DNA from: Candidatus Zixiibacteriota bacterium
Lineage (GTDB): Bacteria; RBG-13-66-14; B26-G2; WVWN01
Direction: 5' to 3'
NCBI GenBank assembly: GCA_050117845.1
Contig: JASFLY010000001.1
Location: 32,001-96,000 of the forward strand
Length of the DNA: 64,000 bases
The position numbers and the translations under genes were made by a program. Positions 1 through 9,872 of the stretch are shown here, piece after piece. Below the pieces are notes generated by a model. The model had not been told where the DNA came from. It saw nothing but the letters and a program-made list of their open reading frames with translations, and searched no databases. The first letter of the stretch is position 1. The number at the start of each line of letters is the position of its first letter.

Positions 1-1
1 C

Positions 2-1246
2 GCCCACCAGCTTGCCGCCCTCCCAACCGAGCCGCATCCGAGCCAACCGGTCGCCGGGGCCCTCGTAACGCGGGAGACGCACGCGCAAGTAATTATCGGT
101 TAACGCCGTCCGGCCGCAACCGTCGCCGGACGTCCGCCCTTCGACGAGGGCCGAACGGACCGCCCCTACAAATCGGTTCTCGAACGTGCGTTTCTTCTCT
201 CGGGCGAGGGACCGGAGCTCCGCAGCCCGACGCTCGCGCTCCTCGGGCGGTACCTGGTCGGGCATGGCAGCGGCGTCGGTCCCCGGCCTAGCCGAGTACG
301 GGAAGACGTGCAAGTACGCGAAGGGAACGTCTTCCACGAAAGCCAGCGTCTTCTCGAAGGCCGCCGCGTCCTCTCCCGGGAGGCCGGCGATAACGTCCGC
401 GCCGATAGCCGCGTCCGGGACACGTTCCAGTAAATCCAAACACGCCCGGCGGTAATCCTCGGCCCGGTAACGGCGGCGCATCCTCCGCAGGACGCCGTCG
501 TCCGCCGATTGGAGAGGTAGGTGTACGTGGGGGCAAAGGAGGCCGCCCCCGGCGACTTCGCCCAGGAGTTCGCGGCCCAAATCCGCCGCGTCCACCGACG
601 AGAGGCGCACCCGGAATTCCCCGGGCAGGGCCGACAGCTCGGCGCAAAGGCCGGCCAGCGTATGGTCCTCCCCGGCGCCCCGGCCGTACGAGCCGAGGTC
701 CACTCCCACCAACACGATTTCCTTAACGCCGGCGGAAGCCGCGGCCCGGACGTCCTCGAGGATTTCGGTCACGGGCCGACTGCGCGCCGGCCCCCGGGCT
801 TTGACCACCGTGCAGTACGCGCAGGCGTGGTTGCACCCGTCCTGGATTTTCAAAAAGAGCCGGGTCTTGGTCGCGAAGCGTGTTACCCGCCGGGACGTAC
901 CCGCCGAAGCCTCCCCCGCCAACATCGCGGGGATGGCGTCCTTATCGTCGTTGGGAACGACGGCGACGTTCGGCCCGAGCTCCGCGAAAGCGCCGGGCGA
1001 GAGTTCGGCGTAACAACCGGTAACGATAACGCGGGCGTCGGGCCGGCCCCGGCACGCGCGTCGTACCATCTGCCGCGACTTGTAATCGCCGCGATGGGTA
1101 ACGGTGCACGTATTTATGACGTAATAGTCCGCCTCGTCCTCGAAGGACACGGTATCGAACCCGGCGTCCTCGAGGCCCGCGCGCACTGCCTCGGTCTCGT
1201 ACTGGTTGAGTTTGCAGCCGAGAGTTTTAAAAGCTACGGTCGGCAT
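2..1246 (-). CDS. mtaB: tRNA t6A37 methylthiotransferase (MiaB/MtaB family), runs off left edge
   Basis: Not in ORF track (no stop in window); manual translation MPTVAFKTLGCKLNQYETE...INTCTVT...LKIQDGCNHACAYC gives UPF0004 N-terminus plus CxxxCxxC. Confidence 0.9.
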   Translation of the reverse strand, partial: MPTVAFKTLGCKLNQYETEAVRAGLEDAGFDTVSFEDEADYYVINTCTVTHRGDYKSRQMVRRACRGRPDARVIVTGCYAELSPGAFAELGPNVAVVPNDDKDAIPAMLAGEASAGTSRRVTRFATKTRLFLKIQDGCNHACAYCTVVKARGPARSRPVTEILEDVRAAASAGVKEIVLVGVDLGSYGRGAGEDHTLAGLCAELSALPGEFRVRLSSVDAADLGRELLGEVAGGGLLCPHVHLPLQSADDGVLRRMRRRYRAEDYRRACLDLLERVPDAAIGADVIAGLPGEDAAAFEKTLAFVEDVPFAYLHVFPYSARPGTDAAAMPDQVPPEERERRAAELRSLAREKKRTFENRFVGAVRSALVEGRTSGDGCGRTALTDNYLRVRLPRYEGPGDRLARMRLGWEGGKLVG

Positions 1247-1261
1247 GATGATGGGGTTAAT

Positions 1262-1450
1262 CTACCAGGTGAAGAAGCCGGGGACGCACGTCAGCAGTAT
1301 CCCGACGAATACTACGATTAGGCCCACGACGCCGGCCGGCGGCCCGATGATACGGAGGAACTTGAGCTTAGCGACCTGGCCGAGCCAGAACCCGCCCACC
1401 AACATCACCAAACCGAGTAAAACGACTAGGAGGTATTGATATTCGATCAT
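1262..1450 (-). CDS. small two-TM membrane protein
   Basis: 62 aa, two hydrophobic stretches, purine-rich RBS-like sequence, fills gap between GH57 and mtaB on same strand. Confidence 0.65.
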   Translation of the reverse strand: MIEYQYLLVVLLGLVMLVGGFWLGQVAKLKFLRIIGPPAGVVGLIVVFVGILLTCVPGFFTW

Positions 1451-1495
1451 ATGCCGTCCCTTTCGGATTTCGTTTGCGGCAATTATAACAAAAGT

Positions 1496-3436
1496 TCAAT
1501 CGATGAGTATGAAAAAATCGTAGCCGAGCCACTCCCCCCCGGCGTCCCGGAACGTGAATTCCACTCGCCGGATCCCCTCCGTTATCCGAAGAAGCGGCGC
1601 CCGGTAAATACTGCCGGGCCCGGCCATAACGCCGGTCGCGGGGGCCAGCGGGACCTCGACCGGATCGCGCCAGCCGTCTACGCCGAATCGCACCATTCCC
1701 GGCCCGGGCCACTGTACCACCAGCAGGTCGCCCGGCCGGAGCGTCACCCGGCGGTCCGGCCGCCAGACCACGCGCCGCGGCGAAAGCGGCACGTCGAGCG
1801 CCACGGGTTCTTCCTCTCCCAACGCTCGGTACGCGGCCCGCACGTATTCGCGAAACAAGCGGTCGAACTCCTCGTCCGCCCCGCCGCCCTGGTCCTCGCC
1901 GTACCACCAGAACCAATCGCTCGCCTCGGCGGCCAGCAAGTATTCCCGCGCCCGGCGTTTGTCGTTCTCGGCCGCCCGGGAGCGGTCGCATGCGGCCCGG
2001 CCTTCGCCCAGCAGCCCCCAGGCCGCGTTCTCGTCGGACTCGCCCGCCCAGGTGCCGAGGTCGTTGCCGGGAAGCGACCCGGCCTCGTCTATCCACGACG
2101 CGCAGGCCAGGCGTTCGAGCCGGTCCAGCGTTACGGGCGGATGCGGCGCCAGTTCCCGGGCCGGCGCCCCGTCCAGGTATTCCGCGAACGTCACCAGCCG
2201 GGCTACGTCGCCACGGGCGAGCCGCCGGTACAACGCCTTTAGGAAGGGCACGCCCTGACGGGAGTACGACCCCCAAGCGTTCTCGCCGTCGAGGATAACG
2301 GAAACCAGCACGTCCCGGACCGTCCGGCCGCGCGCCTCTCCCACGACGGTACAAAGCCGGGCCGCGAAATCGGCCGCGGCCTTCGCCGGGTCGCCCCAAT
2401 GTTGGTACTCGAAGCCAATGGCGTCCGAAAGGCCGTGGTGCCGGAAGAATGCCACCAGGTCATCGCCCCCGACGCGGTAAGGCCGCGTCAATTTTTCGGC
2501 GGATACGGCCGGGCTCCCCGAACCGGCCGATAACGCCAGCACCCCCTCGTCCGAGGCAATCCAGCGGACCCCGGCCTCTTCGAAGTGCGGCAGGATTTCC
2601 TCGGCCACGGCCCCCTCCGCCGGCCACATCCCTACCGGCCGGTACCCGAAAACTCCCTCGAAGAAATCGAGGCCCCGCGTCACTTGTTCCCGGGCGTCCT
2701 CGGGCCGGTTGAAGCGCGGCGGTTTCACCGCACCCGGTCGGTCGATGGTCGCGAGGTCGGAATCGTGGACCAGCGGCAATATGGGGTGGTAGAAAGGCGT
2801 CGTTGAAAGCTCGACCCGACCGGCCTCCCGCAAACTCGTGTACAACGGGACGACGGCGGCCATGATCCGGAGTTGAGCCGAGATTATGGCGTCGACGTCG
2901 TCGCGCGTATACCCCCCGCCGCGGCCGAAGAGTTCCGCCACGTCCACGACTTCGCCCGTCGCGAGTTTCACCGGGCCCTCCCGGAAGATTTCGCCGAGCC
3001 AGGCCAGATTAAAGCAGGCCACGGCGTCGGTCAACTCGGCGTCGCTGAACGCCTCGCCGCGGACGTACTTCCGAAAAAGCTTGAAATAGCGGGGATGGTT
3101 GCGGATCTCGTGTCGGAAATCGGCGTCGAACGACGTCTTGACAAGGGCGTCGCGTTCGGCCGGGGCAAGGCGCGCCGGAGAGCGAAGCGAAAGGTCCATA
3201 AGACGGTCGCGCCGGCCTTCATTTAGGTATGCGTCGAACTGGGCCAGGAGGACGGGCGTGAAGTTGAAGGTGGTGCGTACGCCCTCGACCTCACCGGCGA
3301 CGTGACCCATCTGGTAATAATCCCGTCCGGCGTGGAGGCGGACCCACGGCAGGGCCAACTCGCCGCTCTCGACGGAAGGGTCGGCGTAAGGTGGCTGGTG
3401 GAAATGCCACAGCAACGCCACGTACGGTTTTCCCAA
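1496..3436 (-). CDS. glycoside hydrolase family 57 (amylopullulanase-like)
   Basis: WHFHQP, LPWVRLH, TPFYHPILPL, WPAEG (nucleophile), LDGENAW (acid/base), AEASDWFWW. Confidence 0.92.
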   Translation of the reverse strand: MGKPYVALLWHFHQPPYADPSVESGELALPWVRLHAGRDYYQMGHVAGEVEGVRTTFNFTPVLLAQFDAYLNEGRRDRLMDLSLRSPARLAPAERDALVKTSFDADFRHEIRNHPRYFKLFRKYVRGEAFSDAELTDAVACFNLAWLGEIFREGPVKLATGEVVDVAELFGRGGGYTRDDVDAIISAQLRIMAAVVPLYTSLREAGRVELSTTPFYHPILPLVHDSDLATIDRPGAVKPPRFNRPEDAREQVTRGLDFFEGVFGYRPVGMWPAEGAVAEEILPHFEEAGVRWIASDEGVLALSAGSGSPAVSAEKLTRPYRVGGDDLVAFFRHHGLSDAIGFEYQHWGDPAKAAADFAARLCTVVGEARGRTVRDVLVSVILDGENAWGSYSRQGVPFLKALYRRLARGDVARLVTFAEYLDGAPARELAPHPPVTLDRLERLACASWIDEAGSLPGNDLGTWAGESDENAAWGLLGEGRAACDRSRAAENDKRRAREYLLAAEASDWFWWYGEDQGGGADEEFDRLFREYVRAAYRALGEEEPVALDVPLSPRRVVWRPDRRVTLRPGDLLVVQWPGPGMVRFGVDGWRDPVEVPLAPATGVMAGPGSIYRAPLLRITEGIRRVEFTFRDAGGEWLGYDFFILID

Positions 3437-3543
3437 GGGTGTCTATACCTCCGGGGCGGCGCCTCGCTCGTTATCGCTTGACGCCGGCCGCGCTTTCTCT
3501 TAGAATTGAAAGTAATCGACCACCGCTCGCAGGAGGATTTGAT

Positions 3544-3906
3544 TTGAAGATCATGGTAACCACCGCCGGAAGCGTTCCGGCGAAGAAAAAAGCCGATTAC
3601 CTCGTAACCATCGCTTCCCGCGCCGACGCCCAATTAATCGTGCTCCACGTCGTCGACAGTCAGGACGAGTACGAAGACGGCCAGCAGGCGCTCGATATTT
3701 TCCAGCGCCAGAAGACGACGCCTAAAATACGGTCCATCCTCCGCATAGGCCGCCTGACCGATACTATCGCGAAAACGGCGCAGGAGGAAGGTGTGGACCT
3801 TATTATACTGGGTCTCGACGAACGGGGCGATATCTCGAGCGCGATATCCCGGGAGATTCTCGCGAAAGCGGACATCCCGGTCTTACTCGTACCCAACCTG
3901 GATTAA
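3544..3906 (+). CDS. universal stress protein (UspA family)
   Basis: TTG start after AGGAGG; LIVLHVV, G..DTIAKTAQEEGVDLIILG, ADIPVLLV. Confidence 0.85.
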   Translation: MKIMVTTAGSVPAKKKADYLVTIASRADAQLIVLHVVDSQDEYEDGQQALDIFQRQKTTPKIRSILRIGRLTDTIAKTAQEEGVDLIILGLDERGDISSAISREILAKADIPVLLVPNLD

Positions 3907-3926
3907 AGCCGGCCCGACCCGGACTT

Positions 3927-3955
3927 AAAAAGCAGGCTTCACGCCTGCTTTTTTT
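3927..3955. terminator. bidirectional intrinsic terminator
   Basis: AAAAAGCAGGC-ttcac-GCCTGCTTTTTTT between convergent genes. Confidence 0.85.
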
Positions 3956-3976
3956 CTTTAACCAAACGGGGGTGTT

Positions 3977-5290
3977 TTACTCGAACGTCCTAATGTAAGC
4001 TTTTTCTTTCAATTCCTGCAGGTACTTCTTTTGTTCCAACGCCAGTTTCTGGTTCGTAAGTAAACGTTTTATGCGCTCGCGGGCGTCCTCGTAGGAAACC
4101 TCGCGCCCCTCTTCCCGGGCGTCGATTTTCAGGACGAAAAACCCCTCCGGCCGTTCGATAACGGGCGTCACGTCGCCCGCGTCCATTTCGTTTAGAACCG
4201 CGGCCACCCCCGGCATCTGGGCCTCTATTTCGTCCATCCCCAATTCGCCGACCAGCCCTCCGCGCGAGGCGGTCTCCTCGTTATCGCTGTACTTGGCAGC
4301 GACGTCGTCGAACGATTCGCCCCGGGCTAGGGCCGCGGCCGCGGCCTCGGCCTGCCTCCGGGCCGTCGCGATGTCGGCGTCGGTAACGGAAACTTTAAGG
4401 TGGATGTATTGGACTTCCCGTTTCGCGTTCTCCCGGCCTACGAGCCGTACGAGCCAGTATCCCTCCGGCCCCGGCGTCACGGCCGAAATCCCACCGGGAC
4501 GGAGTTCCTTCGCGGCCCTCTCGAGCGCCGGGACCGCTTCCCCCGGTTCGTACTTGAACGACGCGCCAAACTCGCCACCCTCGCGCTCCGCGAGTTCCTT
4601 GGCCAATGCCCCGAAATCTCCCCCGGCGAGGGCCGCGTTCCGAACGGCCTCAAGCTTGGACTTGACCGCGCGCAGGGACTCGTCGGAGGGACGCTTGGCG
4701 ATCGCCACCTCCCGCAACGTTACGACCGCGGGGATCGCGAGTTCGTCCCTATGGCCGTCGTAGTAACCGCGGATTTCCTCCTCGCGTACGTTCACCCGCG
4801 GCGCCAAAACCATTTCGGTGAGGCGACGGATTTTAAACTGGTCACGCAGGCTCTTACGGTACTGGATAATGAGGTCCTTCTCGGTCATCCCGTATTCGGC
4901 GAGCGCCGCTTCGTACGCCTCGGGTGAACCGAACGCCCCTTTAATACGCGTGAGTTCCTCGTCCAGGTATGGCTGGATATCATCCTTGGACACCAGGATG
5001 TCGTGGTCGTCGGCGTCCTGCACCAGTAGCCGGGCGTCAATCATTTCGGCCAGGACTTCCGCCGTATACTTCCGCACGTCCCCCACCTTGGCCGCTCCGG
5101 GCCCCAACTGGTATAACCGGACGGATACCTCTTCGCCCAATTCGCTCGCCAGTATTACGTCGTTGTTGACGACGGCCACGACGCCGTCCAAAGGCCGGCG
5201 CTCGGCCGCCGCGGCCGCGCAAAAAAACAAAACACAAGCCAGAGCTTGCCTCAGTATCGTCGCCGCCGGGAACGCTTTGCCGGATATCAT
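3977..5290 (-). CDS. surA: SurA-like chaperone / parvulin PPIase
   Basis: Signal peptide, DGVVAVVNNDVILASEL SurA N-domain, nested rotamase motifs (FDDVAAKYSD...GGLVG). Confidence 0.75.
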   Translation of the reverse strand: MISGKAFPAATILRQALACVLFFCAAAAAERRPLDGVVAVVNNDVILASELGEEVSVRLYQLGPGAAKVGDVRKYTAEVLAEMIDARLLVQDADDHDILVSKDDIQPYLDEELTRIKGAFGSPEAYEAALAEYGMTEKDLIIQYRKSLRDQFKIRRLTEMVLAPRVNVREEEIRGYYDGHRDELAIPAVVTLREVAIAKRPSDESLRAVKSKLEAVRNAALAGGDFGALAKELAEREGGEFGASFKYEPGEAVPALERAAKELRPGGISAVTPGPEGYWLVRLVGRENAKREVQYIHLKVSVTDADIATARRQAEAAAAALARGESFDDVAAKYSDNEETASRGGLVGELGMDEIEAQMPGVAAVLNEMDAGDVTPVIERPEGFFVLKIDAREEGREVSYEDARERIKRLLTNQKLALEQKKYLQELKEKAYIRTFE

Positions 5291-6228
5291 AACTGCGATA
5301 ACGCGCCTTCGTCGATGGATATTTTAACGCCCTTCTTAACGCCCTCGATCCAACGGGCGTAAACCTCTTCCTCCCGGGCGCCGCGCAAACGGTTCTCTAT
5401 CTCGGTCCTCACTTCGGTGAGCGGTTTCCGCCGGGCGTCGCGGACGCCGACGACGCGAACTATTTCAAAACCGTATTGGGTCTCGATTATGCCGCTGGTT
5501 TCACCGGGCCGCATTTTTTCGACGGCCTCGGCCACTTCCGGCGGCAACGCGTCCAGCGTTGTATAACCGACGTCGCCCCCCGCGTGCCGGTCGGGCGACA
5601 CGGAGAGTTCCCGGGCGACCTCCTCGAAAGTGGTTCCGTATTCAAGTTTGGCGAGGGATTGTTCGGCCTTGGCCTTGTCGTCGGCTACTATTTGTTTAAT
5701 ATGGTATTCGGCCGGCCCCTCGAACTCGTCGCCGTGGACGTTGTAATAGGCGACGACGTCGTCGTAACTGACCGACACTTCCTCGACGACTGCAGCCTCG
5801 ATGGCGGCCTCTACTATTAAGTCGTCCCGGATGACTTCCCGGAACGACTCGGCGGTGAGACCCTGGGATTTCAGGTAGGACGCGAACCCTCGGGCGCCGT
5901 AATCGGCTTTTATTAACGCCACCCTCTCGGTCACGTCGGCTTCTTCCACTTCGACGTCGTTCCCGGCGGCCCAGGCGAGAATGGCCTCACGTTCGACCAG
6001 CTGGTCCACGACCCGCCGGGCCGTAGGGCCGTCGACCTTGGCGTTCTCGGGTTTGCCTTGGGGGTATAAGCTCCGGTATACGTCTTCTGCGGTTATCTCC
6101 CGGTCTCCGACGCGGGCGACCGATACCGATGCCGGGGCCTTTCCCTCGTCCGCCTTACGACAACCGGCGGCGGCCGCCATAAGGATAATGGCTACGGCCG
6201 CCGCTCCGTTCGCGATGACGCGTTTCAC
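5287..6228 (-). CDS. parvulin-type PPIase lipoprotein (PrsA/SurA-like)
   Basis: Lipobox AAAGC; FEEVARELS.SPD...GGDVG; IETQYGFEIV. Confidence 0.85.
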   Translation of the reverse strand: MKRVIANGAAAVAIILMAAAAGCRKADEGKAPASVSVARVGDREITAEDVYRSLYPQGKPENAKVDGPTARRVVDQLVEREAILAWAAGNDVEVEEADVTERVALIKADYGARGFASYLKSQGLTAESFREVIRDDLIVEAAIEAAVVEEVSVSYDDVVAYYNVHGDEFEGPAEYHIKQIVADDKAKAEQSLAKLEYGTTFEEVARELSVSPDRHAGGDVGYTTLDALPPEVAEAVEKMRPGETSGIIETQYGFEIVRVVGVRDARRKPLTEVRTEIENRLRGAREEEVYARWIEGVKKGVKISIDEGALSQL

Positions 6229-8054
6229 TACAGCTTCTGCACCTTCTTGTAAGCCATTTTCAAAGCGCCTTCGTCGACCTCGATCTTGTGCTTCTTACGT
6301 AGTTCCTCGAACCAGGCCTGACACTTCCGGTCGACTTCGGGACTCGCCATTTTCTCCCGATACGCGCCGTCTTTGGCTTTCTCCGCCACGCCTTCTTCGT
6401 CCATCGTGTGCTGGACGAACGGATAGTATTCCCAATAATCGAAGAACGCCCACCGGCCGTCCTTGAGTTCGAACAACTCGCTTAGGTCGCCTTTCTTCGC
6501 TTTGAATACGACGGGCCGGATTTCTTCGAGTATCGGGTTCTCGCCGCCTTCGGGCGCCGTGGCGCCGGCCTCGGGCGCGGGCTCTTTAGTTACCGATAGT
6601 AATTGAGCTACGGGGATTTCCCCGGGGGCAGGTTGTTCTTCCGGCGCCCCCTCCTTCTGCATTTCTTCAACGAACGCCTGCAGGTACGGGTTGGAGGCTT
6701 CCGTGATATCCATGCCGGTCTGGGTTTTGGCCCTGACCTCTTCGGCCGTCTTTTTATCCGGGAAAGCCACCAGGAAAATTTCCGCGCGCTCCATCTCCTG
6801 GAACTCGTGCGGGTGGTTATCGAAATACTCCTTCACTTCGGCATCCGTAACTTCCGGGATGGTGGGAAGGAACACTTCCTCGTATATCCGGTCGACCATT
6901 TTACCGGCCCGGAAACGATTGATATCCCGTATGAAGTCGGGGTCTTTATCGACGCCGGTCTTAACGGCGTCGTATTCGAAGAGCGTGTCGTCCTGAAGAG
7001 CCTTGAGGCGGCTATCCATTACGTCCTTAAACGCCTCCGGTTCTCTTTTTTTGTACTCCTCGATCATGGCTTCATTCATGCTTAATTGGAGAAACATCCC
7101 CTCGTACCAACTATCGAAATATACGGGGATGTCGCCGACCTTCGAAATAATGGCGCCTTTGCGGTTATACTTCTCCTGGGCCTCCGCGATATTCCCTTTG
7201 ACAACCGCGTCGTATAGTTCCTGGTCGACCCAGATTTCCGCGTCCTTGCGGATCTCCGCGATATACTTGACCGTTTCCTGCTCAACCTTATATTGCTTAA
7301 TGGCATTCCGGATATTGTCTTTTACCTGGGCGTACTCCTCTTTCTGACCAGGGATCTTTTCGTCGACCCGGAACACGAAGTAAGCGTCGCCTTGCTCGGT
7401 CGCCGTGACCGGCGTATATTTACCGACCTCGGTCTCGTATACGGCGCGGCTCATGTTATCGCCGGAATAATAGAAATCGCTAGGGAGCTTGCCCCCGGTT
7501 TCCCGGTTCTCCTCGAAGTCAGAAAATTCCTTAACGACCTCGGCCCAAGGCTTCCCGGCTTCGAGCGCCGCGTAGGCCTTGTCGGCCTTCGCCTTGTCCT
7601 TACACATAAGGAAAGAGACCCGGCGCCACTCTTTATTCTTATTGTAATAATCGAGGATTTCGGCCTCGGTAATCTTAACCTTGTCCTCGATTTTCCGTCG
7701 GGTTCTCTCCCGTAAGAGACTCGAACGGTAGGTTTCGAGGTCCCTCTTTAGGTTCTCGTTGTCGCCGTAACCTAGACCCTCGGCCTCTACCTCCAGGACT
7801 CTACTCGTCGTAATGTCGTCGAGGAAGTCCTTGGCGTCGTCGAAGGTGTTAATTACCGGTTTATCCTGCGGCGGCGCCATTTCCACGGCGCGTTTGTAAT
7901 GGTAGACGAAATCGCCGACGGTTACGGACGGCTTCCCGTCGATAGTTACGATGACTTTATTCTCATCGTAACCGCATCCGCCGCAACCGCCCGTCGTCAA
8001 GCCGGCCCATATCACGGCGGCGCTTATCGCCAATAGGGGTAATGCTTTCCTCAT
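6228..8054 (-). CDS. large two-module parvulin-like foldase, probable lipoprotein
   Basis: Signal ending TTGGC; WAEVVKEFSD...GGKL rotamase motif; second degenerate module. Confidence 0.75.
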   Translation of the reverse strand: MRKALPLLAISAAVIWAGLTTGGCGGCGYDENKVIVTIDGKPSVTVGDFVYHYKRAVEMAPPQDKPVINTFDDAKDFLDDITTSRVLEVEAEGLGYGDNENLKRDLETYRSSLLRERTRRKIEDKVKITEAEILDYYNKNKEWRRVSFLMCKDKAKADKAYAALEAGKPWAEVVKEFSDFEENRETGGKLPSDFYYSGDNMSRAVYETEVGKYTPVTATEQGDAYFVFRVDEKIPGQKEEYAQVKDNIRNAIKQYKVEQETVKYIAEIRKDAEIWVDQELYDAVVKGNIAEAQEKYNRKGAIISKVGDIPVYFDSWYEGMFLQLSMNEAMIEEYKKREPEAFKDVMDSRLKALQDDTLFEYDAVKTGVDKDPDFIRDINRFRAGKMVDRIYEEVFLPTIPEVTDAEVKEYFDNHPHEFQEMERAEIFLVAFPDKKTAEEVRAKTQTGMDITEASNPYLQAFVEEMQKEGAPEEQPAPGEIPVAQLLSVTKEPAPEAGATAPEGGENPILEEIRPVVFKAKKGDLSELFELKDGRWAFFDYWEYYPFVQHTMDEEGVAEKAKDGAYREKMASPEVDRKCQAWFEELRKKHKIEVDEGALKMAYKKVQKL

Positions 8055-8130
8055 ATAGTCGCAGCCTCCGCGTTGATATACTCTGCCTATTTATATTCAT
8101 GCCCTCGGCCGGGCCGGGGGCGATTCGATT

Positions 8131-8205
8131 CGGGGCCGACGGGACTCGAACCCGCAACTTCCGGCGTGACAGGCCGGTGCTCTAACCATGTTGAACTACG
8201 ACCCC
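8131..8205 (-). tRNA. tRNA-Asp(GTC), CCA not encoded
   Basis: GGGGTCGTAGTTCAACATGGTTAGAGCACCGGCCTGTCACGCCGGAAGTTGCGGGTTCGAGTCCCGTCGGCCCCG folds as cloverleaf. Confidence 0.97.
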
Positions 8206-8217
8206 ATTAAGGCCGCA

Positions 8218-8246
8218 TTTATAACATAAACGCGCTATTTCTTCAA
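8218..8246 (-). promoter_or_regulatory. sigma70-like promoter for tRNA-Asp
   Basis: TTGAAG-17 nt-TATAAA. Confidence 0.55.
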
Positions 8247-8365
8247 GGGCAAAGGGAAAAGCATCCGAATCCGGCCCGGCGGCCCCAACGGCCGGCCGGG
8301 CGAGGGAAGGGCGGCCGGACGGCCGCCTTTCTCGTTATGATACGGTAAATCCGGCAGCTACTTCT

Positions 8366-9868
8366 TTAGGACAACTCCTCCACGGCGCGGCTTATCCACG
8401 GGTCGGACTGGCGCCAGAATTTAAAGGCGGCCGCGTCGTTTTCCATTTCCCTGATTATTTCGCGCTGGAGTAAGTTCGAGACCTCCTCGTTCTCCGCCTC
8501 TATCGCGGCCCGGGAAAACTCCCGACCGTTATTGGGCAACGTGGCGGCGTATTCCTCCGGATAGAAATCGAAACCCCGCGCGTCGACCCAGCTAACGAAA
8601 TCCGCGATGGCCGAAGGATTGGAGCGGAACGTCTCGACCGCGTCGTCGCCGTATTCGTCGCAATACTCCTCGGCGTATATCCGAAAATAACCGAGGGCGT
8701 ATAGTTTCCCGATGACCAACGGCGTTTCTGCCGGCTCAAGGGTCACCCCCGGCTCGATACCCTTGCCGTCAATAAGCTGGCCTTCGGGGGTGTAGTAGTA
8801 CGCTATCGTTATTTTAAGGCCGGGGCCGGGGTCCGAATCGGCCGCGGACGACAACGGGATCAGCGTCTGTACGGATGCCTTGCCGTAGGTCTTCTCACCC
8901 ACAATGGTCGCCCGCTCGTGGTCGCGTAGCGCGCCGGTGAAAACCTCGGACGCCGAGGCCGACGACCCGTCCACCAGAAGGACCAGCGGCAGTTTCCCGA
9001 ATTTGGGTTCTTCCTTCACGATGTACTTGCGTTGCTCCCAACGGCCGGAACGGCCGTCGGTGTAGACGACCATGGAACCCTTCTTGAGGAATAAACTCGC
9101 CAACGCGACCGCCTCGTCCAGCGGGCCGCCGGGATTCCCCCGCAGATCGATTATCAGCTTCTCCATGCCGTCTTTCTCTAATTTCTCGATGGCCTTTTCG
9201 GCGTCGGAGGACGTGCTGCGTTCCTCATCGCGAGAGAAATTGGCCACACGCACATAACCGACGTCGTCGGAAGCCATGAAGGAATACGGGACCGAGTCGA
9301 TATGTATGGTCTTGCGCGTAATCGTGAAATCGAGCGCTTCGGCGTAACCCTTGCGCGCTATTTTAATGGTGACGTCGGTTCCGACCTCACCCCGCATTTT
9401 CAAAAGGGCTTCGCGCGTCGTTATCCCTTTGGTGGACTCGCCGTCGATTTCGATAATTTTATCGCGCGCGTGCAAGCCGGCCCTTTCGGCCGGCGTGCCC
9501 TCCAGTACGTTCATGACGGTGAGCGTGTCGTCCTCCGGCGTTACCGATATCTCTATCCCCAGGCCGCCGAACGATCCTTCCGTATCGTTCAATAACAACC
9601 GGAAGTCGTCGGCCTCCATAAATACGGTATGCTCGTCCAGCCCCGACAGCATCCCTCGAATGGCGTCGTGCACGAGCGTCTCGGCGTCGACGTCCTTCAC
9701 GTAACTCAAACGGACCAGATTAGCGACGGTGTCGAAGAGTTTGACTTCGCGTACGAAGTCCCGGGCGCTCTCTTGGGCCCACGCCTTCGAAAAAACCGCG
9801 GGTGACGCCAAAAAGGCCACCAATACGGCCACCGTATACCCCATCCGTACGATTTTCCCAAACTTCAT
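8366..9868 (-). CDS. ctpA: carboxy-terminal processing protease (S41, PDZ)
   Basis: FGGLGIEI PDZ, IDLRGNPGG, SASASE (Ser), TYGKASVQ (Lys); ATG 9868 gives a signal peptide. Confidence 0.93.
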   Translation of the reverse strand: MKFGKIVRMGYTVAVLVAFLASPAVFSKAWAQESARDFVREVKLFDTVANLVRLSYVKDVDAETLVHDAIRGMLSGLDEHTVFMEADDFRLLLNDTEGSFGGLGIEISVTPEDDTLTVMNVLEGTPAERAGLHARDKIIEIDGESTKGITTREALLKMRGEVGTDVTIKIARKGYAEALDFTITRKTIHIDSVPYSFMASDDVGYVRVANFSRDEERSTSSDAEKAIEKLEKDGMEKLIIDLRGNPGGPLDEAVALASLFLKKGSMVVYTDGRSGRWEQRKYIVKEEPKFGKLPLVLLVDGSSASASEVFTGALRDHERATIVGEKTYGKASVQTLIPLSSAADSDPGPGLKITIAYYYTPEGQLIDGKGIEPGVTLEPAETPLVIGKLYALGYFRIYAEEYCDEYGDDAVETFRSNPSAIADFVSWVDARGFDFYPEEYAATLPNNGREFSRAAIEAENEEVSNLLQREIIREMENDAAAFKFWRQSDPWISRAVEELS

Positions 9869-9872
9869 AATC

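Noticed and set aside
521..1321. 266-aa plus-strand ORF
   Set aside because: Antisense to mtaB, which the ORF track missed because it runs off the edge
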